This document shows, piece by piece, positions 18,396-28,460 of a stretch of 64,000 bases of DNA (the stretch's first letter is position 1; the number at the start of each line of letters is the position of its first letter). The notes beneath the pieces are model-generated. The model was not told where the DNA came from and did no database searches. It saw nothing but the letters and a program-made list of their open reading frames with translations. Position numbers and translations under genes: made by a program. This DNA is from a virus (lineage: Duplodnaviria > Caudoviricetes). Location of the stretch: the IMG/VR virus record IMGVR_UViG_3300020187_001966, one strand, 5' to 3'.

Positions 18396-18531
18396 TCAAT
18401 AAATAGTATTAAGAAAAAACTAAGGCACAAGACTACGGAGTTCGCCACAAGCCTCCGATATCAAAAGGCTACATAAAAGGCTACTGTTAACAAGGCACAA
18501 CGATGTGCTGAAGACACAGTTGAGAAGAATT
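18396..18531 (+). promoter_or_regulatory. Late promoter and long 5' leader with AAGGC repeats
   Basis: AATAAATA then AAGGCACAA x2, AAAAGGCTAC x2 and CGGAG/CTCCG hairpin. Confidence 0.45.
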
Positions 18532-18828
18532 ATGTCTATAGCTACAATTGGGACAACCCAGTTAGAGAAACAGAATTTAGAAGCTCACGTTGACCTGTGT
18601 GCTGAGAGGTATCGTGTCTTGGAAGAAAAAGTTAACAATATTGATACCCGCCTTAATAATATTGAAAAAAGTGTGACTTCCATGAGAGAAGAAGGCATCC
18701 GTGAATTCTCTAAAATGCGTGAAGAAATGATTAAAGCAAATGCCACAACAAATAAAATAATGATGGGAACTGGTGGTACAGTTCTTGCTGGTGTACTAAC
18801 ATTACTAGCAACATTATTAATGTCATAA
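18532..18828 (+). CDS. Coiled-coil protein with C-terminal TM helix
   Basis: LEAHVDLCAERY motif, heptads, hydrophobic C terminus; start at ATG 18532. Confidence 0.65.
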   Translation: MSIATIGTTQLEKQNLEAHVDLCAERYRVLEEKVNNIDTRLNNIEKSVTSMREEGIREFSKMREEMIKANATTNKIMMGTGGTVLAGVLTLLATLLMS

Positions 18829-18847
18829 AAATCTAATAAATAACTAT

Positions 18848-19135
18848 ATGAACTTAAACGAACTCACATCAGAAGAACCTGTTGTTGAAGCACAGCTAGT
18901 CTGGGCTCGCAAAGGTAATAAAATTGTTAGAAAATTTCGCTGTAGTGTGGGACAACGAAAAGGCAGAGTTGTGAGCGATCCATCACAATGTGCTAAACCC
19001 ATTGATATGAAGAAAAGAATGACTTTACGTAAAACTAAAGCAAAGATGGGTGCTAGAATAGCTAAAAAAGCACAGCGCACAAAACGTATGAATCCAGCAA
19101 GTAAAGCAATACAAAGGCTAAACAAGGTAAAGTAA
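18848..19135 (+). CDS. Basic late protein (putative head component)
   Basis: Very K/R-rich after an acidic N-terminal segment. Confidence 0.6.
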   Translation: MNLNELTSEEPVVEAQLVWARKGNKIVRKFRCSVGQRKGRVVSDPSQCAKPIDMKKRMTLRKTKAKMGARIAKKAQRTKRMNPASKAIQRLNKVK

Positions 19136-19136
19136 C

Positions 19137-20006
19137 ATGAAGATATTTGATATCATAAATGAGAATAGTAACAGATCTGATATAATTAGAAAAACAGCGG
19201 CTGATCTAAATATACCATTTGCGATAGCTATGGAACTTTTTAATAAAGAAAGTAGAACAGGTCAGTTTGATAAGAATGGTAACACTGTAGTCGGTGACAC
19301 GAATCGTACAAATAATGCATACGGAATGGCTCAAGTTAGATTACCAGCATTAAACGATGTTAATAGATTATATGGAACAAACTATTCATTAGATGATATA
19401 AAAAATGATGCAAATATAAATGCTAAGGTAGGATTATTGTATTTTAAAGCACAAGGTGATCATTATGGTGCAGCCAATTGGGAAGAACAACTTAGAGGAT
19501 ATAACGGTGGTCCTAGCGCAATTAAAGGTGATGTAGCATCAGCAAATAATTATGCACATGATGTTTGGAACAACGCAGTATTTAACCACGAAGGACCAGA
19601 TTCATTAGAGAATTTTAAATATAAAACATTAACAAATGAAGACAAAAAAACATGGATGAAGGACGGCGTTGAAATGTGCAGCAAAGACTGTTGTGGACAA
19701 CCTGTTACTGAATGTGAATGTGGTCCAGAATGTAAACATTGTGACTGTTACAAAGTTAATGAACGTTATAGTTTAGCTCAAGGCAGATCAGCTATGGGTA
19801 AATTTAATAGTGATCAAACAAATATGAATAAACGTATCAACAATAAAATGGCAGATACTAACCGAGAGCTTACAATTAAACAAACACAAATGAATAAAAA
19901 TGCCAATAGAGACGCAAGACGTCTTCCTACAGGTACACCAAATCGTGCGGCGTACGATAATATGCGTCAGGATTTGTTGAGAGGCAGAGGGATACAAAAC
20001 CAATGA
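19137..20006 (+). CDS. Lytic transglycosylase (SLT) domain protein with Cys-rich insert
   Basis: KES, AYGMAQV, GYNGG SLT motifs; CSKDCCGQPVTECECGPECKHCDC. Confidence 0.75.
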   Translation: MKIFDIINENSNRSDIIRKTAADLNIPFAIAMELFNKESRTGQFDKNGNTVVGDTNRTNNAYGMAQVRLPALNDVNRLYGTNYSLDDIKNDANINAKVGLLYFKAQGDHYGAANWEEQLRGYNGGPSAIKGDVASANNYAHDVWNNAVFNHEGPDSLENFKYKTLTNEDKKTWMKDGVEMCSKDCCGQPVTECECGPECKHCDCYKVNERYSLAQGRSAMGKFNSDQTNMNKRINNKMADTNRELTIKQTQMNKNANRDARRLPTGTPNRAAYDNMRQDLLRGRGIQNQ

Positions 20007-20230
20007 GAGCATTTGTAACCAAAGGTGGCTTTCCTACATTTATTAATAGTCGTGAAAGTGATTTTTTAGATAGTCATTTTACTGAAGACATTATACTAGA
20101 GCGTAAGTCATTAAATGAGCGTGATGCGTATATTGCGCAAAACTTAGTTGTACGTGGTGTACTAGATAAAGTAGTAGACAGTAAAACAACAGGTTATAAA
20201 CTTAACATTAACAAGTACGGTAAATTATAA
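20003..20230 (+). CDS. Hypothetical protein
   Basis: Coupled ORF. Confidence 0.65.
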   Translation: MRAFVTKGGFPTFINSRESDFLDSHFTEDIILERKSLNERDAYIAQNLVVRGVLDKVVDSKTTGYKLNINKYGKL

Positions 20231-20697
20231 TGACTAGATCTCTTAAAGACATTTTAACTGCGCAGGTTGAGGAAACATCTGCTATGCTTAACGAGGCTGC
20301 AGAAGCTGACGTTGATCTAAAAGTTGCTATGACACAAACTATAACAGAGCAATCAATTACAGTACAAAACTATCGCATTGACATTATCAGTGAGCAGTTT
20401 GCTGGTAGACAAAAAAACTTTTATAATGTAGTTGATGGCAACGAAGTAATACACAGTGACTTAGCATTGTTTGAAACAGCAATGGGTATTGTTAAAAAAT
20501 ATATCACTAATAAAACATCAGGAATTACAGAATTAGAAAAGTATGACCATGATTATAGTAATGCGCTATATGAAACTTGGGCACAACAATCTAGAGCAAA
20601 CAGAGGTGGTATCAATGAAGATATTGCCATTGCTAAAGCCAGTAGGGCGAAGCAAAAAGTACAAGAAGCAAAGCAAAGAATTTTATCACGTCTGTAA
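20230..20697 (+). CDS. Hypothetical protein
   Basis: TAATG-coupled ORF. Confidence 0.65.
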   Translation: MTRSLKDILTAQVEETSAMLNEAAEADVDLKVAMTQTITEQSITVQNYRIDIISEQFAGRQKNFYNVVDGNEVIHSDLALFETAMGIVKKYITNKTSGITELEKYDHDYSNALYETWAQQSRANRGGINEDIAIAKASRAKQKVQEAKQRILSRL

Positions 20698-20737
20698 CAG
20701 ATGTGTATAAATATAATAAACAACGGGGAATTATACA

Positions 20738-21586
20738 ATGTATTTAAACGATTTAAACTCAGCTGCCCACAACGTAGAAAAAATTAACAAAGTATTGGCT
20801 AACACATTTGGTCATAATGTTAATGTTTCTGAAATGAGCAGTGAATCATTAGGGCGTATGTTAAACGCAACTAATGCAAAGATTACAGCAATTAAAGAAA
20901 GCAACAGTGCTTATTGGGAAGATAAAACTTATAATAAATTAAGTTTAATTTCACACTCATTACGTACTTACATCAGTGAAGTTGCGCCAACACGTAACGA
21001 TGGTAAAAAGATGAAAACTAAAGTACGTGAATCAGCAGAACTAGAGCAAGCAGAAGTAATGCTAGCCGCACAAGAGTTAGTTGATGGACTACAAAAAATG
21101 GTTGAAGACTTAGCAGGAATGCAAGTACAAAAACTTATGCCAATTGTTGACGCAATGAAAGAACAACTAGGCTTTGAACAAGCAGAAGCATATAATGCTA
21201 GTGCTGAAGCGGCACTTGGTGGATTACTTGACTCTGCTAAATCAGCAAAAGGTGAATTAGAAAACGCAACACTTGTAGCACGTGGCGAGCAACCAGCACA
21301 AACAATGCCAACAGACATGGGTACAGATACCATGGACCTGGGCGACACAGATGAACTAGACATGGGTGACGAATTTGGTGGCGACGATGCTGCCGCTGGT
21401 GATGACAACCAACTTGGACGTGAGTTAAAAGGCGAAAGTGCTTTAGCAGACATGGAAAAAGGTGCGTTAGCTGAAAAAAAGTTTCTAGAGAGTAAAGACA
21501 AGCTCTTTAAAATGGTTGAAAGCGGCACTATGACACACGATCAGTTTATCAATATTATTAATGAACTGGACGCAGGTAACAAGTAA
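20738..21586 (+). CDS. Acidic helical late protein (possible prohead core/scaffold)
   Basis: Late promoter 20706-20713; D/E-rich low-complexity segment. Confidence 0.5.
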   Translation: MYLNDLNSAAHNVEKINKVLANTFGHNVNVSEMSSESLGRMLNATNAKITAIKESNSAYWEDKTYNKLSLISHSLRTYISEVAPTRNDGKKMKTKVRESAELEQAEVMLAAQELVDGLQKMVEDLAGMQVQKLMPIVDAMKEQLGFEQAEAYNASAEAALGGLLDSAKSAKGELENATLVARGEQPAQTMPTDMGTDTMDLGDTDELDMGDEFGGDDAAAGDDNQLGRELKGESALADMEKGALAEKKFLESKDKLFKMVESGTMTHDQFINIINELDAGNK

Positions 21587-21903
21587 TGTTAGTTAATGAA
21601 GTCATAATAACTGAAGGACAGGACTATGTCCTAAATGGTATCGAAGAATTAATTGTTCGATCTAAAGCACGTGGTATGACTTCAATTAAAACACCAGCAT
21701 TATTAGCTAAATTACAGTCTAGTGGATATTATTTAGAAATGAAATCACTAATCCGTATGTTAAACAGTATTTCTGCCGTTGGTAGTGCTAACAAACAAGA
21801 AGTAAAATTAGATTCAGCTCTCCCCACTGAAACTGATCCTACTGACGACACTGTTAGTAAAATGGCATCAAAACAACTGTCAAAGAAAGATAAGAAACTA
21901 TGA
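21586..21903 (+). CDS. Hypothetical late protein
   Basis: TAATG-coupled ORF. Confidence 0.65.
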   Translation: MLVNEVIITEGQDYVLNGIEELIVRSKARGMTSIKTPALLAKLQSSGYYLEMKSLIRMLNSISAVGSANKQEVKLDSALPTETDPTDDTVSKMASKQLSKKDKKL

Positions 21904-22244
21904 GTTATCAAGTAAGCGCACAGCAAGCAAGAACAACAGCAAGAAATGATTTAACAATCTTTGATGAAACATCAGCATTGATGCGTCAAGTTATAGTTGA
22001 TGCTAGTGCTGGCGCTTACCAAACAATAGTAGATGATGGAACTACAATGACAGAGAGTAACCCAACAGCAACCGCTGATGCCAAAGCATATTTTAATGTA
22101 TGGCAAGGAACTGACATTGCTGATGTTGCTAAAGTTGACCAAATGAAACAAGTTATTAGTTATTTTGAGAACTTGGGTTATACAATACAACGTCAGACAA
22201 ATACTACTACAAATACTACATTTAAATGGGTAATCAACTATTGA
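21900..22244 (+). CDS. Hypothetical virion protein
   Basis: Coupled ORF. Confidence 0.65.
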   Translation: MSYQVSAQQARTTARNDLTIFDETSALMRQVIVDASAGAYQTIVDDGTTMTESNPTATADAKAYFNVWQGTDIADVAKVDQMKQVISYFENLGYTIQRQTNTTTNTTFKWVINY

Positions 22245-22275
22245 CATTGTAGTTCATTAGTGCTATAGTCACTAT

Positions 22276-22941
22276 ATGTTAAAAATTACCACACCCTACC
22301 CGTATCAAGAATTTAAACGCAAAAGCGTAAACGGCAAACGTTTATACGAAAATCCGTATGGCGATCCTGTGCCCAGTGTTACTACTATCCTGAGTAAAAC
22401 AAAGGATATGACACACCTCAATGCTTGGAAAAAGCGTGTAGGTGAAAAGAAAGCACAACAAATTGTAACTGAAGCCGCTGGCGTAGGTTCAATAATGCAC
22501 GAAATGCTGGAAGCATGGAGCCTTAACCAAGAGTATACAGGTAAAACTATGCTACAAGCCAAGATGATGGCAGAGACCGTTATAAAAAACGTAGAAGCTG
22601 ACATTGACGAAGTTTGGGGTAGTGAAGTAAACTTGTGTTATCCAGGATTGTATGCTGGTACTACTGACTTAGTTGGCATGTACAAGGGGAAGCCTTGTAT
22701 TATGGATTTTAAACAAACCAATAAACCCAAAAAGCGTGAGTGGATTGACGACTACTTTATGCAAGCCGCCGCTTATGCGATGGCCCACAACGAAATATTT
22801 GAAACAAAGATTGAGCATGCCGCTATCTTTATGTGTAGTCGAGATTTAGACTGGCAGTTATTTGAAGTAGGCCCAGAAGAGTTCAAAGTTTGGGAAGAAA
22901 AGTGGGCCGGCAAGGTAGCAGAGTTTTATAACCTGTCATAA
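22276..22941 (+). CDS. PD-(D/E)xK exonuclease
   Basis: PSVTTIL, YAGTTDL, MDFKQT, YFMQAAAY motifs. Confidence 0.88.
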   Translation: MLKITTPYPYQEFKRKSVNGKRLYENPYGDPVPSVTTILSKTKDMTHLNAWKKRVGEKKAQQIVTEAAGVGSIMHEMLEAWSLNQEYTGKTMLQAKMMAETVIKNVEADIDEVWGSEVNLCYPGLYAGTTDLVGMYKGKPCIMDFKQTNKPKKREWIDDYFMQAAAYAMAHNEIFETKIEHAAIFMCSRDLDWQLFEVGPEEFKVWEEKWAGKVAEFYNLS

Positions 22942-22964
22942 ATACATTATAGAGGAACAGATCA

Positions 22965-23624
22965 ATGGCAGACACACGTATTAGTAAAATTAAAGTAAGG
23001 CAAGGCAACTTCGCAGATTTGCCCTTGCTTGATCCAGGTGAAGTAGGATACGCAACAGACAATCAAAGGTTGTTTATCGGAAACACTACTATTAGTGTAG
23101 GCACAGGTAATGGCGTAATCACAGCATTTGTTGTACCAAGTACATTAACTACAAACGGCGTAGTAGGAGTATTTGATGACGGTTCACAAGTTAATCCTGC
23201 TGATTATAGTATTGTTGGAACTACACTAACGTTTGCTACTGCTCCAACTGGTGCTATTACTGCCAACTTTAATGGTGAGATTAGCATGGAACGTTACGCA
23301 ACGATTCCAAACAGCCTTTCTCTAGCTGCAAATGGAAATAATGTAGTAACTGGCTTTAGTATTGATACCACACTATACAATATCGCTATCATTGATTATA
23401 CATTAGAAAGTACTAATGGTGTACGTGTTGGCCAAATCAGAATGGCAACAGACATTAGTGCTTCAACAAGCGCAATTGATGATAATTATACCGAAACCGC
23501 AACAGTAGATGTGACCTTTAGTGCAGATATTAGCGTAGCAAACACACTACGTTTAATGTACACTGATGGCGCTAATACTATAACGAAATTTAAATATACA
23601 TATCAACTTTGGAACAGCAATTAA
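22965..23624 (+). CDS. Tail-associated protein (Mtd/hyaluronidase-like N terminus)
   Basis: KIKVRQG...L.PGEVGYATD..RLFIG N-terminal motif. Confidence 0.6.
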   Translation: MADTRISKIKVRQGNFADLPLLDPGEVGYATDNQRLFIGNTTISVGTGNGVITAFVVPSTLTTNGVVGVFDDGSQVNPADYSIVGTTLTFATAPTGAITANFNGEISMERYATIPNSLSLAANGNNVVTGFSIDTTLYNIAIIDYTLESTNGVRVGQIRMATDISASTSAIDDNYTETATVDVTFSADISVANTLRLMYTDGANTITKFKYTYQLWNSN

Positions 23625-24061
23625 ATAATCAAGCCTGGTATGAGTCACCTAGCAAGCGTTTAAGTATGTGGCGTGACTTCCGTAATGGCTTGGATCAAAC
23701 AAATACACTTGATGTAAGTAAGACTGTAGTACAGTGGTGGCAAAGTGCTCCATTGGTTAACATATCTATTGATCCTGTTAACCCAGAACAGTGGCCAACA
23801 CCTTGGGAAATGTTACATCAAGGAAACTTTTGTCAAAATAGTGTCGCATTAGGAATGGCATATACTATCTATTATGCCAATCCAAACATACAAAATGAGC
23901 TACTGTATGTAACATGTATTGGTAAAAGTTTTCAGCGTCTATGTGCGCTGATCGATAATAAACACCTGCTTAACTTTGATCACGGTAGTATAAGTACATT
24001 ACCCACTGAAGATATATGTTCTGTTTCCTACAGAACTAAAATAAAAAACATAATAAAATAA
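23609..24061 (+). CDS. Conserved phage hypothetical protein
   Basis: WPTPWEML...C motif. Confidence 0.65.
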   Translation: MEQQLNNQAWYESPSKRLSMWRDFRNGLDQTNTLDVSKTVVQWWQSAPLVNISIDPVNPEQWPTPWEMLHQGNFCQNSVALGMAYTIYYANPNIQNELLYVTCIGKSFQRLCALIDNKHLLNFDHGSISTLPTEDICSVSYRTKIKNIIK

Positions 24062-24124
24062 CAAATATACCCCGAACTACGATGATTCGGCACTAACATG
24101 ATATACTATAAGGACGAAAACAGT

Positions 24125-26425
24125 ATGAGCAATATTCAAGTAACAAAAAGAGATGGAAGTAAAGAGGCAATTGACCTCGAAAAGCTACATAAAGTAGCTT
24201 TTTATGCCTGTGAAGGTATTAATGGAGTTAGTCCTAGTCAAGTTGAGATGAAGAGTAACTTACATTTTTATAATGGTATTACAACTGATGACATCCAAGA
24301 AACACTTATTAAAAGTGCTTCAGAGTTAATTGAAGAAGATGCCCCAAACTATCAATGGGTAGCAGGGCGCCTTATTGTGTATCATTTGCGCAAACAAGTA
24401 TACGATAGCTTTGAACCTTGGCATATCTTAAAACTAATTACTCGTAATGTAGATGAAGGATGGTATGACCCAGCGTTGCTCACTGAATATACTGCTTCAG
24501 AATGGGACGAACTTAATGATTATATTAAACACGACCGTGATCAAGACTTTACATATGCCGCTATGGAACAATGGCGTGGCAAGTATCTTGTACAAAACCG
24601 TGTTACAGGTGAAAAACTAGAAACACCACAAATGGCATATATGCTAATTGCAGCGACATTATTTGGTAGTTATGACAAAGAAACAAGATTAAAATGGGTT
24701 AAGGATTATTACGATGCCATTAGTACTTTCGATATCAGTTTACCTACTCCTGTTATGGCAGGCGTGCGTACTCCGCAGAGACAATTTAGTTCGTGCGTTC
24801 TTATTGAAACTGGCGATAGTCTCGATAGCATTAACGCAACTACTAGTAGTATTGTCAAATACGTATCACAAAAAGCAGGAATTGGTATTGGAGCAGGAAG
24901 TATACGGGCTCTCGGCTCCCCCATACGTCGAGGTGACGCATATCATACCGGGGTCGTTCCTTTCTTTAAAATGTTCCAGTCTGCTACCAGATCATGTAGC
25001 CAAGGCGGCGTGCGAAACGGAGCAGCAACATTATATTACCCGATTTGGCATCTCGAAGCAGAAGATCTACTAGTACTTAAAAACAACAAAGGTATTGAAG
25101 ATAATCGTGTACGTCAAATGGACTACGGTGTACAGTTTAACAAACTAATGTATGAGCGTTTAATTACTGGCGGAGACATTACCTTATTCTCACCTAGTGA
25201 TGTACCAGGACTATACGAAGCATTCTTTGCTGACCAAGACGAGTTTAAACGTTTATATGAAACAGCAGAGCGTAATACAAGACTACGTAAGAAGACAATA
25301 CCAGCACTTGAGTTGTTTAGTCACTTTATGGGAGAACGCAAAGATACTGGACGCATTTACTTACAAAATGTTGACCATTCTAACGAGCATGGTTCGTTCA
25401 AAGCAGATATGGCACCTATTAAACAAAGTAACTTGTGTTGTGAGATTAATTTACCTACAAAACCACTTAATGACTTTAATGATCCAGATGGTGAGATTGC
25501 CTTATGTACACTAAGTGCTGTTAATTGGGGCAATGTACGTAAGCCAAGTGACTTTATCCGTATTGGTAAACTAGCAGTACGTGGGCTTGATGCTCTACTC
25601 AGTTATCAGAACTATCCAGTAATTGCGGCAGAAATGGCAACCATGGGTAGACGACCATTAGGTGTAGGTATTATTAACTTGGCATACTGGATGGCACGAA
25701 ACAATATGACATACAGTGAGCCTAATCTAGAAATGATTGATGAGTATGCTGAAGCATGGAGTTACAGTTTAATTAAAGCAAGCGCAGACCTAGCACAAGA
25801 GCAAGGCGCATGTTTGTGGAATGACCAAACAAAATATAGTGATGGTATCCTACCTATTGACACATATAAGAAAGATGTTGATGAACTAGTAGCACACAAA
25901 GAACGTATGCCATGGAAAGAACTAAGAGTACAATTAGCTAAAACAGGTATCCGTAACTCAACACTAATGGCTCTTATGCCTGCTGAAACGTCAGCACAAA
26001 TTAGTAATGCGACAAACGGTATTGAACCACCACGTAGTTTAGTAAGTATTAAACAATCAAAACATGGTGTACTAAAGCAAGTTGTGCCTGGTATCCATCA
26101 TCTCAAAAACAAGTATGAACTACTATGGGATCAGACATCACCAGAAGGATACTTACAGATTATGGCAGTGTTACAAAAATATATCGATCAAGGTATTAGT
26201 GTAAACACAAGTTATAATCCACAGCACTTCCCAGATGAGAAGATTCCAATGAGTAGTATGCTACAACATCTAATGATGTTCTACAAATATGGCGGCAAGC
26301 AGTTGTATTATTTTAACACATATGACGGAGCCGGCGAAATAGATATTGACAAACTGGAACAATCAAGTATAGTGGAAGATAATATAACAATTGAAGACGA
26401 TGAATGCGAAAGCTGTGTAATATAA
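24125..26425 (+). CDS. nrdA: Ribonucleoside-diphosphate reductase class Ia alpha subunit
   Basis: ATP cone (VTKRDG), FSSCVL, SNLCCEI, LMPAETS, C-terminal CESC. Confidence 0.97.
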   Translation: MSNIQVTKRDGSKEAIDLEKLHKVAFYACEGINGVSPSQVEMKSNLHFYNGITTDDIQETLIKSASELIEEDAPNYQWVAGRLIVYHLRKQVYDSFEPWHILKLITRNVDEGWYDPALLTEYTASEWDELNDYIKHDRDQDFTYAAMEQWRGKYLVQNRVTGEKLETPQMAYMLIAATLFGSYDKETRLKWVKDYYDAISTFDISLPTPVMAGVRTPQRQFSSCVLIETGDSLDSINATTSSIVKYVSQKAGIGIGAGSIRALGSPIRRGDAYHTGVVPFFKMFQSATRSCSQGGVRNGAATLYYPIWHLEAEDLLVLKNNKGIEDNRVRQMDYGVQFNKLMYERLITGGDITLFSPSDVPGLYEAFFADQDEFKRLYETAERNTRLRKKTIPALELFSHFMGERKDTGRIYLQNVDHSNEHGSFKADMAPIKQSNLCCEINLPTKPLNDFNDPDGEIALCTLSAVNWGNVRKPSDFIRIGKLAVRGLDALLSYQNYPVIAAEMATMGRRPLGVGIINLAYWMARNNMTYSEPNLEMIDEYAEAWSYSLIKASADLAQEQGACLWNDQTKYSDGILPIDTYKKDVDELVAHKERMPWKELRVQLAKTGIRNSTLMALMPAETSAQISNATNGIEPPRSLVSIKQSKHGVLKQVVPGIHHLKNKYELLWDQTSPEGYLQIMAVLQKYIDQGISVNTSYNPQHFPDEKIPMSSMLQHLMMFYKYGGKQLYYFNTYDGAGEIDIDKLEQSSIVEDNITIEDDECESCVI

Positions 26426-26438
26426 AGAGAGAGATTGA

Positions 26439-27566
26439 ATGAGTGTTTTTGACGTAACTAACAAAGGTAGCCAAACAAATAACTTGGCATTCCTTGATCC
26501 ATCAGGAGGAGTAACAATTCAACGTTACGATACAATGAAGTATCCTAGCTTTGATAAGTTTACAGACAAACAACTAGGATTCTTCTGGCGTCCAGAAGAA
26601 GTTGATACATATCGTGATGGGAAAGACTTTAAACAGTTGACGGACCATGAGCAACATATCTTTACAAGTAATCTTAAAAGACAGATCTTGTTGGATAGTG
26701 TACAAGGGCGTGGACCAGTGGAATCGTTTGGTAGCATTGTAAGTTTACCAGAACTAGAGAACTGGATTATTACCTGGACATTTAGTGAAACAATCCACAG
26801 TCGTAGTTACACACATATTATTCGTAATGTGTATAATGACCCAAGCGTTATCTTTGATCAACTTATGGATATTCCAGAGATCATTGAATGTGCTGGAGAT
26901 ATCTCCAAGTACTATGACGATCTAATTGAAGGCGCTAGTTACTACAATCTACTAGGTGAAGGCGTACACACAGTTAATGGCAAAAAAGTTGTAGTTGATC
27001 TGTATGAACTTAAAAAGAAACTATGGTTAGCACTAATGAGTGTTAACATTCTTGAAGGTGTTCGCTTCTACGTTTCATTCGCATGTAGTTGGGCATTTGC
27101 TGAACTTAAAAAGATGGAAGGCAATGCTAAGATTATTAAGTTTATTGCTCGTGATGAGAACCTACATTTAGGATCAACACAGCTATTACTTAAAACACTC
27201 AAGAAAGACGATCCAGTGTTTGAACAGATTGCTCGAGAAACAGAAGAAGAATGTATCAAGATGTTTACTGATGCTGTAGATCAGGAAAAAGCCTGGGCGG
27301 ACTATTTGTTTAAAGACGGTAGTATGCTTGGCTTAAACAAAGAGCTACTAAGTCAGTACATTGAACACATTGCCATGAAGCGTATGGGCAATGCTGGTCT
27401 TCCTAAAATTTACAATCAAGCTAGTAACCCATTGCCTTGGACAAAGAAATGGATCGCTGGTGGAGATGTACAAGTAGCACCACAGGAAACAGAGATTACA
27501 AGTTATATTAACGGTGGCACAAAGCAAGATGTTACCCAAGATACATTTAAAGGATTTAGTTTATGA
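26439..27566 (+). CDS. nrdB: Ribonucleoside-diphosphate reductase class Ia beta subunit
   Basis: FFWRPEE, ETIHSRSY, LEGVRFY, RDENLH, VAPQETE. Confidence 0.97.
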   Translation: MSVFDVTNKGSQTNNLAFLDPSGGVTIQRYDTMKYPSFDKFTDKQLGFFWRPEEVDTYRDGKDFKQLTDHEQHIFTSNLKRQILLDSVQGRGPVESFGSIVSLPELENWIITWTFSETIHSRSYTHIIRNVYNDPSVIFDQLMDIPEIIECAGDISKYYDDLIEGASYYNLLGEGVHTVNGKKVVVDLYELKKKLWLALMSVNILEGVRFYVSFACSWAFAELKKMEGNAKIIKFIARDENLHLGSTQLLLKTLKKDDPVFEQIARETEEECIKMFTDAVDQEKAWADYLFKDGSMLGLNKELLSQYIEHIAMKRMGNAGLPKIYNQASNPLPWTKKWIAGGDVQVAPQETEITSYINGGTKQDVTQDTFKGFSL

Positions 27567-27841
27567 TTACAGTATACAGCAAAAACTTATGCGGTTACTG
27601 TGACATGGCTAAGGATTATTTAAAAAAGAACGGATTCGAGTTTGAGGAGATCAATGTCGAGTCTGTTCCAGAAGCACGTGAGTTTCTAATTACAGAAGGT
27701 CACAGAACAATGCCACAAATTTATCATGATGGCAAATTATTAGTAGAAGGCGGCGGTATGGCGTTAGTAAGATTACAACCCGAAACTGTACGTGAACTTA
27801 TTGGAGAAGTAAAACTAAATGTTAAAGATTTCAAACTTTAA
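27563..27841 (+). CDS. Glutaredoxin
   Basis: CGYC, RTMPQI, GG motifs downstream of nrdB. Confidence 0.9.
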   Translation: MITVYSKNLCGYCDMAKDYLKKNGFEFEEINVESVPEAREFLITEGHRTMPQIYHDGKLLVEGGGMALVRLQPETVRELIGEVKLNVKDFKL

Positions 27842-28148
27842 AAAAGGCGATGTAATGACTGTTAAATGTAGCACTGGCGAAGAAGTCGTTGCTAGATTTG
27901 ATTCAGAAGACGACAACGCATTAAATGTAGTAAAGCCAACAGTGCTTACAATTAACCCACAAGATGGTAAAGCAATGCTTATTCCTTGGATTATGAGTAT
28001 TGATACAAAAAGCAATGATCCAGTGTTTATTGGCAAAGCGCAAGTTGTAGCAATTACAAAAACTGAAAAGAACTTAGCTGACGGATATATGCAGAGTACA
28101 ACTGGTATTACGACAGCAACAGCGGCAGAAAGTAGTCTGCTTATCTAA
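27819..28148 (+). CDS. Hypothetical protein (Sm/LSm-like fold possible)
   Basis: TVKCSTGEEVVARF...P motif. Confidence 0.55.
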   Translation: MLKISNFKKGDVMTVKCSTGEEVVARFDSEDDNALNVVKPTVLTINPQDGKAMLIPWIMSIDTKSNDPVFIGKAQVVAITKTEKNLADGYMQSTTGITTATAAESSLLI

Positions 28149-28159
28149 TAAATACGTGT

Positions 28160-28459
28160 ATGAACTTTGTACACAGAAATAATGACAAGAGACTATGTGG
28201 AGCCTCAACTAGAGCTATAGTTAATAATGTCAGAGTAAACGGACAATTTATTAGTACAGAGGGCGACCCCAACAGTCATGGTGGGGGCGTTCTTCAAGCT
28301 ACTGCGACTAGTGGTAGAACTCGTGCTGGCGGTAAACCTATCATCATTTTAAATGACCCCTCATCAGCAGACAGCTATTGCGGACGACCAGGTTATGGTC
28401 CTGAACACTGTGGACCATCAGCGACAAGCGCAAGCGGCGATGTAAGAGCCGGAGGGTAA
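28160..28459 (+). CDS. PAAR-like spike tip protein
   Basis: HRNNDKRLCGA, VRVNGQ, HGGG, GSGDV-like ends; late promoter upstream. Confidence 0.75.
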   Translation: MNFVHRNNDKRLCGASTRAIVNNVRVNGQFISTEGDPNSHGGGVLQATATSGRTRAGGKPIIILNDPSSADSYCGRPGYGPEHCGPSATSASGDVRAGG

Positions 28460-28460
28460 C

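Noticed and set aside
20968-21528. Long antisense ORFs (e.g. 20968-21528, 36825-37388, 13903-14298, 49236-49640)
   Set aside because: They are shadows of well-supported plus-strand genes, with S/L/I-rich composition and no RBS or motifs.
24125-27566. Introns or inteins in nrdA/nrdB
   Set aside because: Both ORFs are continuous and of normal class Ia length.
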